Of a stretch of 64,000 nt of DNA, positions 42,100-52,078 are shown piece by piece (within the stretch, counting starts at the first letter, position 1; each line of letters begins with the position of its first letter). The notes beneath the pieces are model-generated. The model saw only the letters and a list, made by a program, of their open reading frames with translations, did not search any database and was not told the origin of the DNA. The translations under genes were made by a program, and so were the position numbers. The stretch covers positions 13,016 through 77,015 of the forward strand of contig CAZSQX010000006.1 in NCBI GenBank assembly GCA_964609125.1, read 5' to 3'. The DNA is from an uncultured bacterium (GTDB lineage Bacteria; Eisenbacteria; RBG-16-71-46).

Positions 42100-42872
42100 T
42101 GCGGGGCCGGGCCCGGCTCGCGGTGACCTGCGCGGCGCTCGCGCTCCTCGCCGGCTGCGCGCCGCGCGCCGTGCCCGACCGGTCCGGCTCCGACCCCCGC
42201 GCCGTGGCCATCGCCGACCGCGTGATCGAGTCGCTCGGCGGCCGCGCGCGATGGGAGGCGGCGCCCGGGCTGCGCTGGACGTTCGGCTCCATGCTGGGCG
42301 ACTCGGTGCGGAGCAGCCGCCGGCACGCCTGGGACAAGCGAACGGGCTGGCACCGGGTCGAGGGCACGACGCGCCAGGGCCGGCGCTTCGTCATCCTGCA
42401 CGTGGTGGGCGACAGCACGCGGGGAATGGCGTGGATGGACGGCCAGCGCATCGAGGCGCCCGACTCGCTCTCGAGCCTCCTCCGGCGCGGCGAGGAGCTG
42501 TGGGTGAACGACACCTACTGGATGCTCATGCCCTACAAGCTCCGCGACCCGGGCGTGACGCTCGGCTACGCCGGCGACACGACCATGGCCGGCCTCACGT
42601 ACGACCGGCTCGCGCTCTCGTTCCACGGCGTCGGCCTCACGCCGGGCGACCACTACTGGGTGTTCGTGAACCGCGCGAATCACCGTGTCGAGTACTGGGA
42701 GATGGTGCTCGAGGGCGACGAGCCGCCACCGGTGGGCTACACGTGGGAAGGCTGGGAGGAGCACGGCGGCCTCTGGTTCCCGACCGCGCACCGGCGCGAC
42801 TCGGTGAACGTGTTCACGAACGCGGTCGAGGTGGTGCCCGCCTTCGCGGCCGCGGAGTTCCGCGAACCCTGA
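42099..42872 (+). CDS. Hypothetical lipoprotein (beta-rich)
   Basis: Lipobox LLAGC; [31 protein letters not shown] conserved-looking motifs. Confidence 0.8.
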   Translation: MRGRARLAVTCAALALLAGCAPRAVPDRSGSDPRAVAIADRVIESLGGRARWEAAPGLRWTFGSMLGDSVRSSRRHAWDKRTGWHRVEGTTRQGRRFVILHVVGDSTRGMAWMDGQRIEAPDSLSSLLRRGEELWVNDTYWMLMPYKLRDPGVTLGYAGDTTMAGLTYDRLALSFHGVGLTPGDHYWVFVNRANHRVEYWEMVLEGDEPPPVGYTWEGWEEHGGLWFPTAHRRDSVNVFTNAVEVVPAFAAAEFREP

Positions 42873-42907
42873 GCGCCGCCGGCACCCCGTCCGCCCCCGC
42901 GACCCCC

Positions 42908-43564
42908 ATGACCCTGCGTGTCGCCGAGATCTTCCGCTCGCTCCAGGGCGAGGGGCCGTCCGCGGGTACGCCGGCGCACTTCCTGCGCCTCCAGGGCTGC
43001 GACGTGGGCTGCCGCTGGTGCGACACGCGCTACACGTGGGAGGCGGCCGGCGGGCGCGAGCTCCCGCTCGCGGAGGCGCTCGCCACGCTGCGCGCCACCG
43101 GGGATGCGCCGCTGCTCGTGGTGACCGGGGGCGAGCCGCTCCAGCATCCGGGCGTGGACCGCCTGCTCGCCGCCGCCGTCGGACAGTGGCCGCGCGTCGA
43201 GGTGGAGACGAGCGGCGTGGCGCCGCCGGTGCTCCGGCACGGGCGGCTCGCCCACATCTGGTCGCCCAAGCTCCCGGGCGTGACCGAGCGCTGGGAGGAG
43301 ACGTGGGCGCACGCCGCGCGCTTCCTCGGCGACCCGAACACCTGGGTCAAGCTGGTCGTCGCCGAGGGCGACGACGGGACCGCGGTGCGGCTCGTGCGCG
43401 AGCGGGCGCTGCCGCGCGAGCGCGTGATGCTGATGCCGGAGGGGCTCACCGACCCCGCGGTCCGCGCGCGCGCGCTGGCGCTCGCCGAGCTCTGCCAGCG
43501 CGAGGGGCTGCGGCTCTCACCCCGGCTCCACGTGTGGCTGTGGGGCGCGAAGCGCGGCGTATGA
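42908..43564 (+). CDS. queE: 7-carboxy-7-deazaguanine synthase QueE (radical SAM)
   Basis: [48 protein letters not shown]. Confidence 0.95.
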   Translation: MTLRVAEIFRSLQGEGPSAGTPAHFLRLQGCDVGCRWCDTRYTWEAAGGRELPLAEALATLRATGDAPLLVVTGGEPLQHPGVDRLLAAAVGQWPRVEVETSGVAPPVLRHGRLAHIWSPKLPGVTERWEETWAHAARFLGDPNTWVKLVVAEGDDGTAVRLVRERALPRERVMLMPEGLTDPAVRARALALAELCQREGLRLSPRLHVWLWGAKRGV

Positions 43565-44256
43565 GCGCGCCCGTGTCCCGGCCGGCGGTGGTGCTGCTCT
43601 CGGGCGGCCTCGACTCGGCGACCTGCCTCGCGTGGGCAGCGAGGCGGGGCTTCGCCTGCCACACGCTGGCGGTGGACTACGGCCAGCGCCACCGGGTGGA
43701 GCTCGCCGCGGCGCGGCGCGTGGCGGACGCCCTCGGCTCCCGCGGCCACCGCGAAGTGCGCGTGGACCTCACGGCGATCGGCGGCTCGGCGCTCACCGCC
43801 GACATCCCCGTGCCGCGCGACCGCGACCCCGCGGACATGGCGGCCGCGATCCCGGTCACGTACGTTCCGGCGCGCAACACGGTGTTCCTCGGCCTCGCGC
43901 TCGGCCTCGCCGAGACGCTCGGCGGCACCGACCTGGTCGCGGGCATGAACGCGCTCGACTACTCCGGCTACCCCGACTGCCGCCCGGAATTCGTGCGCGC
44001 GTTCGAGGGGCTCGCGAGCCTGGCCACGCGCGCCGGCGCCGAGGGCGCGCGCTTCACCGTGCACGCGCCGCTCATGGCGCTCGACAAGGCGGGCATCATC
44101 CGGCTCGGCGTCTCGCTGGGGGTGGACTACGCGCTGACGCACTCGTGCTACGATCCCTCGCCCGCCGGCCTCGCGTGCGGCGCCTGCGACAGCTGCCGGC
44201 TTCGCGCGAAGGGCTTCCGCGAGGCCGGCGTGCCCGACCCCACGCGCTACGCGTGA
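43561..44256 (+). CDS. queC: 7-cyano-7-deazaguanine synthase QueC
   Basis: [40 protein letters not shown]. Confidence 0.97.
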   Translation: MSAPVSRPAVVLLSGGLDSATCLAWAARRGFACHTLAVDYGQRHRVELAAARRVADALGSRGHREVRVDLTAIGGSALTADIPVPRDRDPADMAAAIPVTYVPARNTVFLGLALGLAETLGGTDLVAGMNALDYSGYPDCRPEFVRAFEGLASLATRAGAEGARFTVHAPLMALDKAGIIRLGVSLGVDYALTHSCYDPSPAGLACGACDSCRLRAKGFREAGVPDPTRYA

Positions 44257-44275
44257 GACCGAGGAGCCCGGACCC

Positions 44276-44641
44276 GTGCGCGTCGAGCTGGTGAAGGAGT
44301 TCCGATTCGAGGCGGCGCACCGCCTGCCCATGGTGCCGCCCGACCACAAGTGCTACCGCATGCACGGCCACTCGTTCCGGATCGAGGTGTGCGTGGCGGG
44401 CGAGGTGGACGAGCGCATGGGCTGGCTCGTGGACTTCGGGGAGATCGCGGCGCGGGTCGAGCCGCTTCTCAGGCAGGAGCTCGACCACCGGGTGCTGAAC
44501 GACGTGCCGGGTCTGGAGAACGCCACGTCCGAGCTGCTCGCGCGCTGGCTGTGGCGGCGGCTCCAGCCGCTCGTGCCTCACCTCGCCGCCATCACGGTGC
44601 ACGAGAACTGCACGGCGCGCTGCACCTACCGCGGGAGCTGA
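44276..44641 (+). CDS. queD: 6-carboxytetrahydropterin synthase QueD
   Basis: FEAAHRL, CYRMHGHSF, DFGEI, LDHRVLND, TSELLA, VHENC. Confidence 0.96.
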   Translation: MRVELVKEFRFEAAHRLPMVPPDHKCYRMHGHSFRIEVCVAGEVDERMGWLVDFGEIAARVEPLLRQELDHRVLNDVPGLENATSELLARWLWRRLQPLVPHLAAITVHENCTARCTYRGS

Positions 44642-44903
44642 ACGGCCTTCATCGATCCGGCACCTCGCAAGCCGGGTCGGGCCGGCGTCGATCCGCGAGT
44701 GGGGCCGCGAAGCGGGGGTCCCCGCGAGCGAATCGATCCCGGCCCGGGACGGCGGTGATGCGGAATCGGTGAAAGCCATCCAGGCTCCGTCGGGGAACGC
44801 CTCGCGATCGTGGTGTTCTCCGACAGCGCCCGGCGCGCGAGGCGCGCGCGCCGCCTCGCGAGGGCCGGGCTGGCGCCGCCCCGCGCCTTCCGGCGCGTCA
44901 CGT

Positions 44904-45046
44904 CCGGACGCCTGATCGCTCCGTAACCCCAGCGCCCGCACCCGACTCCGCGCGACGCCGGTATTCACGCACACCTGACGAGCGCGCGGGAATACGCGCG
45001 CATCCGAGACGTTGAAAGGTCAGGTCCCACGCTCCCGAACATCGGC
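44904..45046 (-). ncRNA. Candidate 6S RNA (SsrS)
   Basis: Hand folding of minus strand gives a rod: GAUGUU/GGCGUC closing stem, internal bubble, GUAUUC/GAAUAC and CGCGCGC/GUGUGCG apical stems; GATGTTC and GGGTTAC recall E. coli 6S; shorter than typical. Confidence 0.45.
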
Positions 45047-45114
45047 CTAGAGGCCCGGCACCTCCGGGCCGAAACCATGTGAGCGAGTCTCGCGTGGGCC
45101 AGGGGAGCGGCACC

Positions 45115-46032
45115 ATGAAGCAGCGCATCTTCGTCACGGGAGCCACCGGCTACATCGGCGGCGCGGTGAGCGCCCGGCTCGCGCGCCAGGGCCACCAGGT
45201 GTTCGGCCTCACCCGCCGGCGGGAGCGCGCCGCCTCGCTCGAGGCGGCGGGGATCACCCCCGTGTTCGGCGACCTCGCGAAGGACGGCGAGTGGCGCGGC
45301 GTGCTGCAGAACTGCGACGTCGCCGTGCACACCGCGTTCGACCCCGTGGCCGGCCCGGCGCTCGTGGACCAGGCCGCGCTCGAGGCGCTCCGGCTGGCGT
45401 CGCTCGACGGCCGCGTCCGCCGGGTGCTCTACACGAGCGCGCTCTGGGTGCACGGCCACGGCCGCGACGGCCACGCCGACGAGCAGACGCCGCTCGCACC
45501 GCTGCCGCTCGTCCAGTGGCGCGCCGCGCACGAGGAGATCGCGCTCGACCTGGCCGCGCACGAGGTCGAGGTGGTGGTGCTGCGGCCGGCCATGGTGTAC
45601 GGCGAGCACCGCGGCATCCTCGGCGGCTGGTTCGCCGAGGCGCACGACGCGCGCACGGTCACCTACCCGGGCGACGGCGGGCAGCACTGGAGCCTCGTCC
45701 ATCGCGACGACGTGGCCGACGCCTACGCGCTGGCGCTCGAGCACGCCGCACCCGGCGGGCGCTACCTGCTGGCCGACGAGTCCCGCCACACGGTGAAGGA
45801 GCTGGCCGAGGCCGTCGCCGCGGCCGCCGGCGCGAAGGCCGTGTCGTGGCCGGCCGCCGACCTGGTGCGCGCGCACGGCGCGTTCGGCCAGGCGCTGCTC
45901 AACGACCTCCTGGTGTCGTCGTCGAAGGCCCGGCGCGAGCTGGGCTGGGTGCCTCGCCACCTCTCTTTCGTGAACGAGGCCCCCGACCTCTGGCGCGAGT
46001 GGCAAACGGGGCGCCCCGAGCCCGTCCGCTGA
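45115..46032 (+). CDS. NAD-dependent epimerase/dehydratase (extended SDR)
   Basis: FVTGATGYIGG Rossmann motif, YTSALWV, LRPAMVYG, VHRDDVADAY. Confidence 0.92.
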   Translation: MKQRIFVTGATGYIGGAVSARLARQGHQVFGLTRRRERAASLEAAGITPVFGDLAKDGEWRGVLQNCDVAVHTAFDPVAGPALVDQAALEALRLASLDGRVRRVLYTSALWVHGHGRDGHADEQTPLAPLPLVQWRAAHEEIALDLAAHEVEVVVLRPAMVYGEHRGILGGWFAEAHDARTVTYPGDGGQHWSLVHRDDVADAYALALEHAAPGGRYLLADESRHTVKELAEAVAAAAGAKAVSWPAADLVRAHGAFGQALLNDLLVSSSKARRELGWVPRHLSFVNEAPDLWREWQTGRPEPVR

Positions 46033-46170
46033 GGCTCCGGGCCCGCTGCTCCCGGCGGGTCCCGGCATCCGCCGCCGCGCGGGCCCGCGGATCTCGTCCG
46101 GCTCCGGCCGCGAGCGCGAACCGTTTCGCCTGTGGCGCGCCCGCGCGCGCGTCCGTAGTGTGCCCGGGTC

Positions 46171-47961
46171 ATGCCCCGTCCCCCACGCCCGCGGGTCCCG
46201 CGCCGCGCCTGGCTCGCCGCCGGCGCCGCGGCGCTCGCGCCCGTCCTCGCGCTGCCCTGGATCGTCGCCCCGATCGTGGCCGCGCGGCTGCGCGCCGCGG
46301 CGGCCGCGCGCGGGCTGGACGCGCGCTGGGACGCGCTCGCGTTCCGCTGGCCCCTGGACGTGGAGGTGCGCGGGCTCGAGGTGGACCGGCGGGAGCCCCC
46401 GGTCCCGGCGCTGCGCGCACGGCGCGTCACCGTGGCGATGGCGCCGCGGCTCACGAGCCTCCGGCCGAGGATCACCCGGCTCACGCTCGAGAACGTGAGC
46501 GTGCGGCTCCCGGAGGCGGCGGGCGGGGAGCCGGACGCGTTCGCGACGCCGGAGGAATCGAGGGCCGGGCCCGCCGCGCCGCGCGTGCGCGCGGCCGCCG
46601 CGCAGTTCGCGGAGGCGCTGCTCGTCCCGGCGCGGCGGCTGCCCGAGGTGCGGCTCGCCGGGCTCGAGCTCGCGCGCGGCGATTCGCTGCTGGCCCGGCT
46701 CGAGGCGCTCGAACTCTCGCATCGGGGCGGCGGCGCCCGGCTCGCCGCGACGGGGCTCCTCGCCGGCGAGCGGGGCGTGCCGTTCGACGTGGCGCTCGAC
46801 TGGCGCCACGACGACCGCCTCGCCGGCCGTGCCAGCTTCGACCTCGGGGGCGAGGTGCGCGCGCTCTCGCGGCTCGACGTGACGGTCGACGGCCGCGTGT
46901 CGCAGGACCGCCGCGCGGCGGTCGTGCGCATCGCCGACGACACGCGCGTGCGCCTCGGCCAGTTCGAGCTGGCGCTCTCGGGCGAGGTCCGGCGCGACGG
47001 CCCCCGCTTCCGCCTCGCGGTCGAGGCGCTCGGGCTCACCGCCGACGGCATCCAGGCGAGCCTGCCGCCGGCCATGCTCGGCCCGCTCGCCGACCTCACC
47101 GTGCGCGGCTCGTGGGACTGGCGCGCGTCGCTCGACGTGGACGTGGCCGCGCCCGAGTCCACCCGCTTCAGCGCCTACGTCGTCCCGCACGGGCTGGCGC
47201 TCGGCCCCGACGGCGCGCGGCTCCCGCTCCACCGGCTCGCGGGGCCGTTCGTCGCCACCATCCACGTCCCGAAGGGCCCGGTGGTGCGCGAGCTGGCCCC
47301 CGAGAGCCCGAGCTTCCGGCAGCTCGAGCGCGTGAGCCCGCTGCTCCGCGAATCGCTCCTCACCAACGAGGACGGCGGCTTCTACCGCCATCGCGGCTTC
47401 AACTCCTCCGCGATCCAGGGCGCGATCGCGGAGAACCTGCGCGCCGGCGCGTTCCGCCGCGGCGCCGGCACCATCACCATGCAGCTCGCGCGCAACCTCT
47501 ACCTCGGCCATCGGCGCACGCTGTCGCGGAAGGCGCAGGAGGTCGTGCTGGCGTGGGTGCTCGAGAACCTCACCGGGCTCTCGAAGGACCGGCTGCTCGA
47601 GATCTACCTCAACATCATCGAGTGGGGTCCCGGCGTGCACGGGGCTGCGGAGGCGGCGCGCTTCTACTTCGACAAGGAGCCGATCGAGCTCTCGCTCGAC
47701 GAGTCCCTGTTCCTGACCGTGCTGGTGCCGAGCCCCAGCCGCTGGCGCAGCCGGGTGGACGCCGACGGGGCGCTCCGGCCGTGGGCGCGCCAGCAGATGG
47801 CGTTCATCGCGCGCAAGATGGCGACGCGCGGCGTGCTGGACTCCGCGGCCGTGCCCGCCGCGGAGTCGCTGCGCGTGGAGCTGCGCGGCCCGGCGGCCGC
47901 CGATCTGCTCGCGCGGCGCCTCGCCGCCGCCGGCGGTGCCGCCGTCCGCCCGGCGCCGTAG
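46171..47961 (+). CDS. Biosynthetic peptidoglycan transglycosylase (GT51) with long periplasmic N-domain
   Basis: N-terminal TM; TNEDGGFYRHRGF, GAGTITMQLARNLYL, RKAQE, LEIYLNIIEWG; no transpeptidase domain. Confidence 0.9.
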   Translation: MPRPPRPRVPRRAWLAAGAAALAPVLALPWIVAPIVAARLRAAAAARGLDARWDALAFRWPLDVEVRGLEVDRREPPVPALRARRVTVAMAPRLTSLRPRITRLTLENVSVRLPEAAGGEPDAFATPEESRAGPAAPRVRAAAAQFAEALLVPARRLPEVRLAGLELARGDSLLARLEALELSHRGGGARLAATGLLAGERGVPFDVALDWRHDDRLAGRASFDLGGEVRALSRLDVTVDGRVSQDRRAAVVRIADDTRVRLGQFELALSGEVRRDGPRFRLAVEALGLTADGIQASLPPAMLGPLADLTVRGSWDWRASLDVDVAAPESTRFSAYVVPHGLALGPDGARLPLHRLAGPFVATIHVPKGPVVRELAPESPSFRQLERVSPLLRESLLTNEDGGFYRHRGFNSSAIQGAIAENLRAGAFRRGAGTITMQLARNLYLGHRRTLSRKAQEVVLAWVLENLTGLSKDRLLEIYLNIIEWGPGVHGAAEAARFYFDKEPIELSLDESLFLTVLVPSPSRWRSRVDADGALRPWARQQMAFIARKMATRGVLDSAAVPAAESLRVELRGPAAADLLARRLAAAGGAAVRPAP

Positions 47962-48075
47962 CCGCCCGGCGGCCGCGACGCCGCTACCTCGGGACCACGG
48001 CGGGAGCATCGAAGCGTCCTCCGCGGCCGCCCGGCCTCGGGCCTGTCTTCGAAGGGTCCGCGGGAGCAGCGCGTC

Positions 48076-48504
48076 ATGCCGGCCCTGTTCTCGTCCATCC
48101 GCCGGCACCCGGTGCCGGCCTGCTGCGACCTCACGTTCGCGATCTCGTGGGGCGGCGTCCTGGTCGCGGTCGGCCCCGGCAACATCCCCGGCTCGGCCGA
48201 GCACTTCGAGAAGGTCCCGCCGCTCGCGACCTACCTGCCGGTGATGCCGTGCTCGTGCCTGCCGCCCTGTCGCATGCTCTTGGTCTGGGTGTACGAGCGG
48301 TCGCGCAGCCCGCTGGTGGCGATGCTGATGCGCGCGGGCCTCACCGGCAGCGTGGTGGCCCTCGGCCCGGTCGCGCTCCCCGCGGGCCGCGTGATGACCT
48401 GCCACCTGGCGTTCGCGGCGATGCTGTGGGCGGTCGTGGCGGTGGTGGCCCTGGTCCGGCACGGCCACCTGGGGCCCCGGCCGGCCCAGCCGCACGCGGC
48501 ATGG
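48076..48504 (+). pseudogene. Internally deleted CPBP/Abi intramembrane protease remnant
   Basis: N-terminus (RRHP...TFAISWGG...GP..IPG) joined directly to C-terminal motif (WVYERSRSPLVAMLMRA; expected His is Arg); EExxxR core absent; frame reads on into the GH13 gene. Confidence 0.65.
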
Positions 48505-48572
48505 GCGGCCGAGGGCCGGGGGCCGGGCGGGACTGCTACACTCGCGCGCCCACCACGAGGAGCGCCCTGCCC

Positions 48573-51500
48573 GTGCCCCGCTGGCCGTACGAGTTCCACG
48601 TCGCGCGCGAGGTCCGCGAGCGCTGCCGCTTCGACGAGGCGCTGTTCGCCTCGTCCGGCCACGCGGTCCTCGCGCGCCCCGAGGCCGCGCAGCGCTTCGC
48701 GGCCGCGCTGCGCGCGTCCGGACCCGCATACGCGACCGCCTCGGCCGCCGACCTGTTCGCGCTCGGGCTCCTCGACGAAGCCGCCCACCTCGTGATCGCC
48801 GGCTGGCGCCGCGAGCGCGAGCCGCACGCCCTCGCCGACGCGCTCGAGGCGCTCGAGCGCCGGCTCGGGCGCGCGGCCACGCATGCGTTACTCGCCGCGT
48901 TCGTCTCGCGGTTCCCGCCCGAGTCCGTGCGCCGGGGGGCGCTCGATCCTGACGCCTGGCTCGCCGGCTCCAGCGCCGGGCGGCCGCACCCGGAGGTGGC
49001 GATCGAGGAACTGCTGCTGCTCTCGCTCGAGGACACGAACCCGGCGGCCTCCGCGTACCACGAGCTGTTCGACGCTGCGCCGCTCGCCGGCGCCGCGCCG
49101 TACGCCGCGGCGCTGGCCGAGCTCGAACGCTTCCTCGCCGCGCGCGCCACGGTCGGCGCGAGCGGGCTCACGCTGCTCGAGTTCCTGCGCGCGCCGGTGC
49201 GCGCGGCGCCGCGCGCGCTCACCGGCCAGCTCGAGTACGTCCGGCGCCACTGGGGCCCGTGGATCGGCGACCTGCTCGAGCGCATGCAGCTCGCGTTCGA
49301 CCTCCGGCGCGAGGAGGAGCGGTGGTGGGCCGCGCGCGCCGCCCGGCCCTGGGCCGGCGACGCCGAGCCGCCCGACTACGCCGGGCTCGAGGCCGAGCAC
49401 GAGCGCTTCAGCGCCGACGCGGAGTGGATGCCGCGCGCGGTGATGATCGCCAAGAGCACGCTGGTGTGGCTCGACCAGCTCGCGCGCCGCCACGGGCGCG
49501 AGATCCGCCGCCTCGACCAGGTGCCGGACGAGGAGCTCGAGCGGCTCGCAGCGTTCGGCATCAACACGCTCTGGCTCATCGGCGTGTGGGAGCGGAGCCC
49601 GGCCTCGCGCCGCATCAAGCAGCTCGCGGGCAACCCCGACGCCGCCGCTTCGGCGTACGCCGTGTACGACTACGTCGTCGCGGGCGAGTTGGGGGGCGAG
49701 GAGGCGTGGGCGCGGCTCCGCGGGCGCGCGGCCGAGCGCGGCATCCGGCTCGCGAGCGACATGGTGCCGAACCACATGGGGCTCGACTCGCGCTGGCTGG
49801 TCGAGCACCCCGAGTGGTTCCTGTCGCGGCCCGACAGCCCGTACCCCGCGTACCGGTTCGAGGGCCCGGAGCTGTCCGACGACCCGCGCGTGTCGGTGCG
49901 GATCGAGGACCACTACTGGGACCGGAGCGACGCCGCGGTCGTGTTCCGCCGCGCGGACCGCGCGAGCGGCGAGACGCGCTACGTCTACCACGGCAACGAC
50001 GGCACCGGCTTCCCGTGGAACGACACCGCGCAGCTCGACTACCTGAACCCCGCCGCGCGCGAGGCCGTGATCCAGGCCATCCTCGGCGTGGCGCGCCGCT
50101 CGCCGGTGATCCGCTTCGACGCGGCGATGACGCTCGCGAAGCGCCACATCCAGCGCCTGTGGTTCCCCGAGCCGGGCGGCGAGGGCATCCCGTCGCGCGC
50201 CGGCCACGGCATGTCCCGGGCCGGCTTCGAGCGCGCGATGCCGCACGAGTTCTGGCGCGAGGTGGTGGACCGCGTGGCCGCGGAGGCGCCCGGCACGCTG
50301 CTGCTGGCCGAGGCGTTCTGGCTCATGGAGGGCTACTTCGTCCGCACGCTCGGCATGCATCGCGTGTACAACAGCGCGTTCATGGTCATGCTGCGCGACG
50401 AGCGGAATGCCGACTTCCGCCGGGTCCTGCGCGACACGCTGGCGTTCGACCCGCGCATCCTCCAGCGCTGGGTGAACTACCTGAACAATCCCGACGAGCG
50501 CACCGCCGTGGACCAGTTCGGCCGCGGCGAGAAGTACTTCGGCGTGTGCACGCTCATGGCGACCCTGCCCGGCCTGCCGATGTTCGGCCACGGCCAGATC
50601 GAGGGTTTCGAGGAGCGCTACGGCATGGAGTTCCGCCGCGCCCAGCGGGACGAGTCCGTGGACGAGGGGCTCGAGCGCGAGCACTGGCGCCGGATCGTGC
50701 CGCTGCTGCGGCGGCGGGCGCTGTTCGCCGGCGCCGCCGAGTTCCTGCTGTACGACTGCCGCGACCACTCCGGGCACGTGAACGAGGACGTCGTCGCCTA
50801 TTCGAACCGCGACGCCTCCGGGGCGGCGCTCGTGCTGTACCACAACCGCCACGCCGAGGCCCGAGGCCGCATCCGCGTCTCGGCCGCCTACGCGGAGGTC
50901 CGCGGCGACGGCACGCGCGCCCAGCGCCAGCGCGCGCTGCTGGACGGTCTCGGGCTCGCCCACCTGCCCGACGACGCGCTGGTGCGCTGCCGCGACGCCG
51001 TGCGCGGGCACGAGCACCTGCTGCGCGCGGGCGAGCTGCGCGAGCACGGCCTGCAGGTCGAGCTCGGCGCGTTCGGCTCCCGCGTGCTGCTCGACTGGCG
51101 CGAGGCGGCCCGGGACGGCCGCCCATGGGACGAGCTCGCGCGCACGATGCCGGCGGACGGTCTGCCCGACCTGGAGCGCTCGCTGTGGGAGCTCGCCGTG
51201 CGCCCCGCGCAGGCCCGGTTCGGGGCCGCCGTGGCCGCGTACGCGGACCACACGCCGGCCGCTCGCGCTACGCTGCTCGATGCGCTGGAGCCGCTCGCGC
51301 TCGAGGCGGCCGCCCGGCTCACCTGGCCCGCCCCCGACTCCGGGCGCGCGCGCCGGCGGCTCGCCGGGCGCCTCGGGACGTGGGCCGCGCTCCGCGCCGA
51401 GACCGGCCCCGCCGAGCGCGCGGCCCACGCCGCCTGGCTCCTGCTCGAGGCGTGCGGCGGCGCGTTCGATTCCGAGCCCGCCGCCGCGGGGCGCGCTCTC

Positions 51501-51761
51501 CGCCTGTTCGACGAGCTCCGGTTGCGCGAGCCCCTCGCGAGCGCCGTCCGCGCCCACCACGCCGAGGCCGGGGAGGCCTGGCGCCTCGCCGCCCGCGTGC
51601 GCGCGCTGCTCGCCCACCCGGACGCACCCGCCGACTGGCCCGCCTTTCTCGCCGACGAGGACGCCCGCTTCGCCGCCGGCCTCGAAGCCGGCGCGTCCCG
51701 CGAGGAGGCACCCGGCTGGGTCGAGCTGCCGGCCGCGATCGAGCCGCGCGCCGGACGATAG
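48573..51761 (+). CDS. Large GH13 alpha-amylase-family protein, 1062 aa
   Basis: LWLIGVWERS, ASDMVPNH, WNDTAQLDYL, IRFDAAM (nucleophile), LLAEAFW (acid/base), NNPDE; GAGGAG SD, TACACT at 48537-48542. Confidence 0.9.
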   Translation: MPRWPYEFHVAREVRERCRFDEALFASSGHAVLARPEAAQRFAAALRASGPAYATASAADLFALGLLDEAAHLVIAGWRREREPHALADALEALERRLGRAATHALLAAFVSRFPPESVRRGALDPDAWLAGSSAGRPHPEVAIEELLLLSLEDTNPAASAYHELFDAAPLAGAAPYAAALAELERFLAARATVGASGLTLLEFLRAPVRAAPRALTGQLEYVRRHWGPWIGDLLERMQLAFDLRREEERWWAARAARPWAGDAEPPDYAGLEAEHERFSADAEWMPRAVMIAKSTLVWLDQLARRHGREIRRLDQVPDEELERLAAFGINTLWLIGVWERSPASRRIKQLAGNPDAAASAYAVYDYVVAGELGGEEAWARLRGRAAERGIRLASDMVPNHMGLDSRWLVEHPEWFLSRPDSPYPAYRFEGPELSDDPRVSVRIEDHYWDRSDAAVVFRRADRASGETRYVYHGNDGTGFPWNDTAQLDYLNPAAREAVIQAILGVARRSPVIRFDAAMTLAKRHIQRLWFPEPGGEGIPSRAGHGMSRAGFERAMPHEFWREVVDRVAAEAPGTLLLAEAFWLMEGYFVRTLGMHRVYNSAFMVMLRDERNADFRRVLRDTLAFDPRILQRWVNYLNNPDERTAVDQFGRGEKYFGVCTLMATLPGLPMFGHGQIEGFEERYGMEFRRAQRDESVDEGLEREHWRRIVPLLRRRALFAGAAEFLLYDCRDHSGHVNEDVVAYSNRDASGAALVLYHNRHAEARGRIRVSAAYAEVRGDGTRAQRQRALLDGLGLAHLPDDALVRCRDAVRGHEHLLRAGELREHGLQVELGAFGSRVLLDWREAARDGRPWDELARTMPADGLPDLERSLWELAVRPAQARFGAAVAAYADHTPAARATLLDALEPLALEAAARLTWPAPDSGRARRRLAGRLGTWAALRAETGPAERAAHAAWLLLEACGGAFDSEPAAAGRALRLFDELRLREPLASAVRAHHAEAGEAWRLAARVRALLAHPDAPADWPAFLADEDARFAAGLEAGASREEAPGWVELPAAIEPRAGR

Positions 51762-51986
51762 CGCGTCCGCCCGTCGGGCGCGGGCCGGCGGCAGGAGGCG
51801 CGGGGTCTTCCCGCCCAGCGTGGCAGTTCGCACTCGGTGGAATCCCCCAGCGTCGCCCGCGGACGTCGCGGGCACGCCGCACGCCGCGCCGTGCACGCCG
51901 CATCGCGCCTCCGCAACGCGTTCGTGTCGCGGGTCCGGCCGGGGACGATCTCCGTGCGTCATGCGCGCCACGCGCGCCGGCACGTC

Positions 51987-52001
51987 CGGCATCCGGCTTG
52001 C
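51987..52001 (+). promoter_or_regulatory. Putative sigma-54 (-24/-12) promoter of the lipoprotein gene
   Basis: CGGCATC-CGGC-TTGC versus consensus TGGCACG-N4-TTGC; 77 nt before ATG 52079. Confidence 0.55.
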
Positions 52002-52078
52002 GGTGACAGGTCACCGACAGGCGCGCCCCACGGTCACTCCGACCCGCGCCGCTCGACCCCGAAGCGACGAGGCCCACG

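Noticed and set aside
42873-42907. preQ1 riboswitch before queE
   Set aside because: Only 35 GC-rich nt, with no A-rich tail or preQ1 aptamer motif
44740-44960. GAAA-loop hairpin and GGGGTTAC recalling a c-di-GMP-I riboswitch
   Set aside because: The GGCAAAC and GACGCAAA core motifs are missing and the elements are on different strands
45291-51761. 2156-aa ORF in the track
   Set aside because: Only the part from GTG 48573 is a real GH13 protein; the upstream part is an off-frame read of the epimerase and transglycosylase genes
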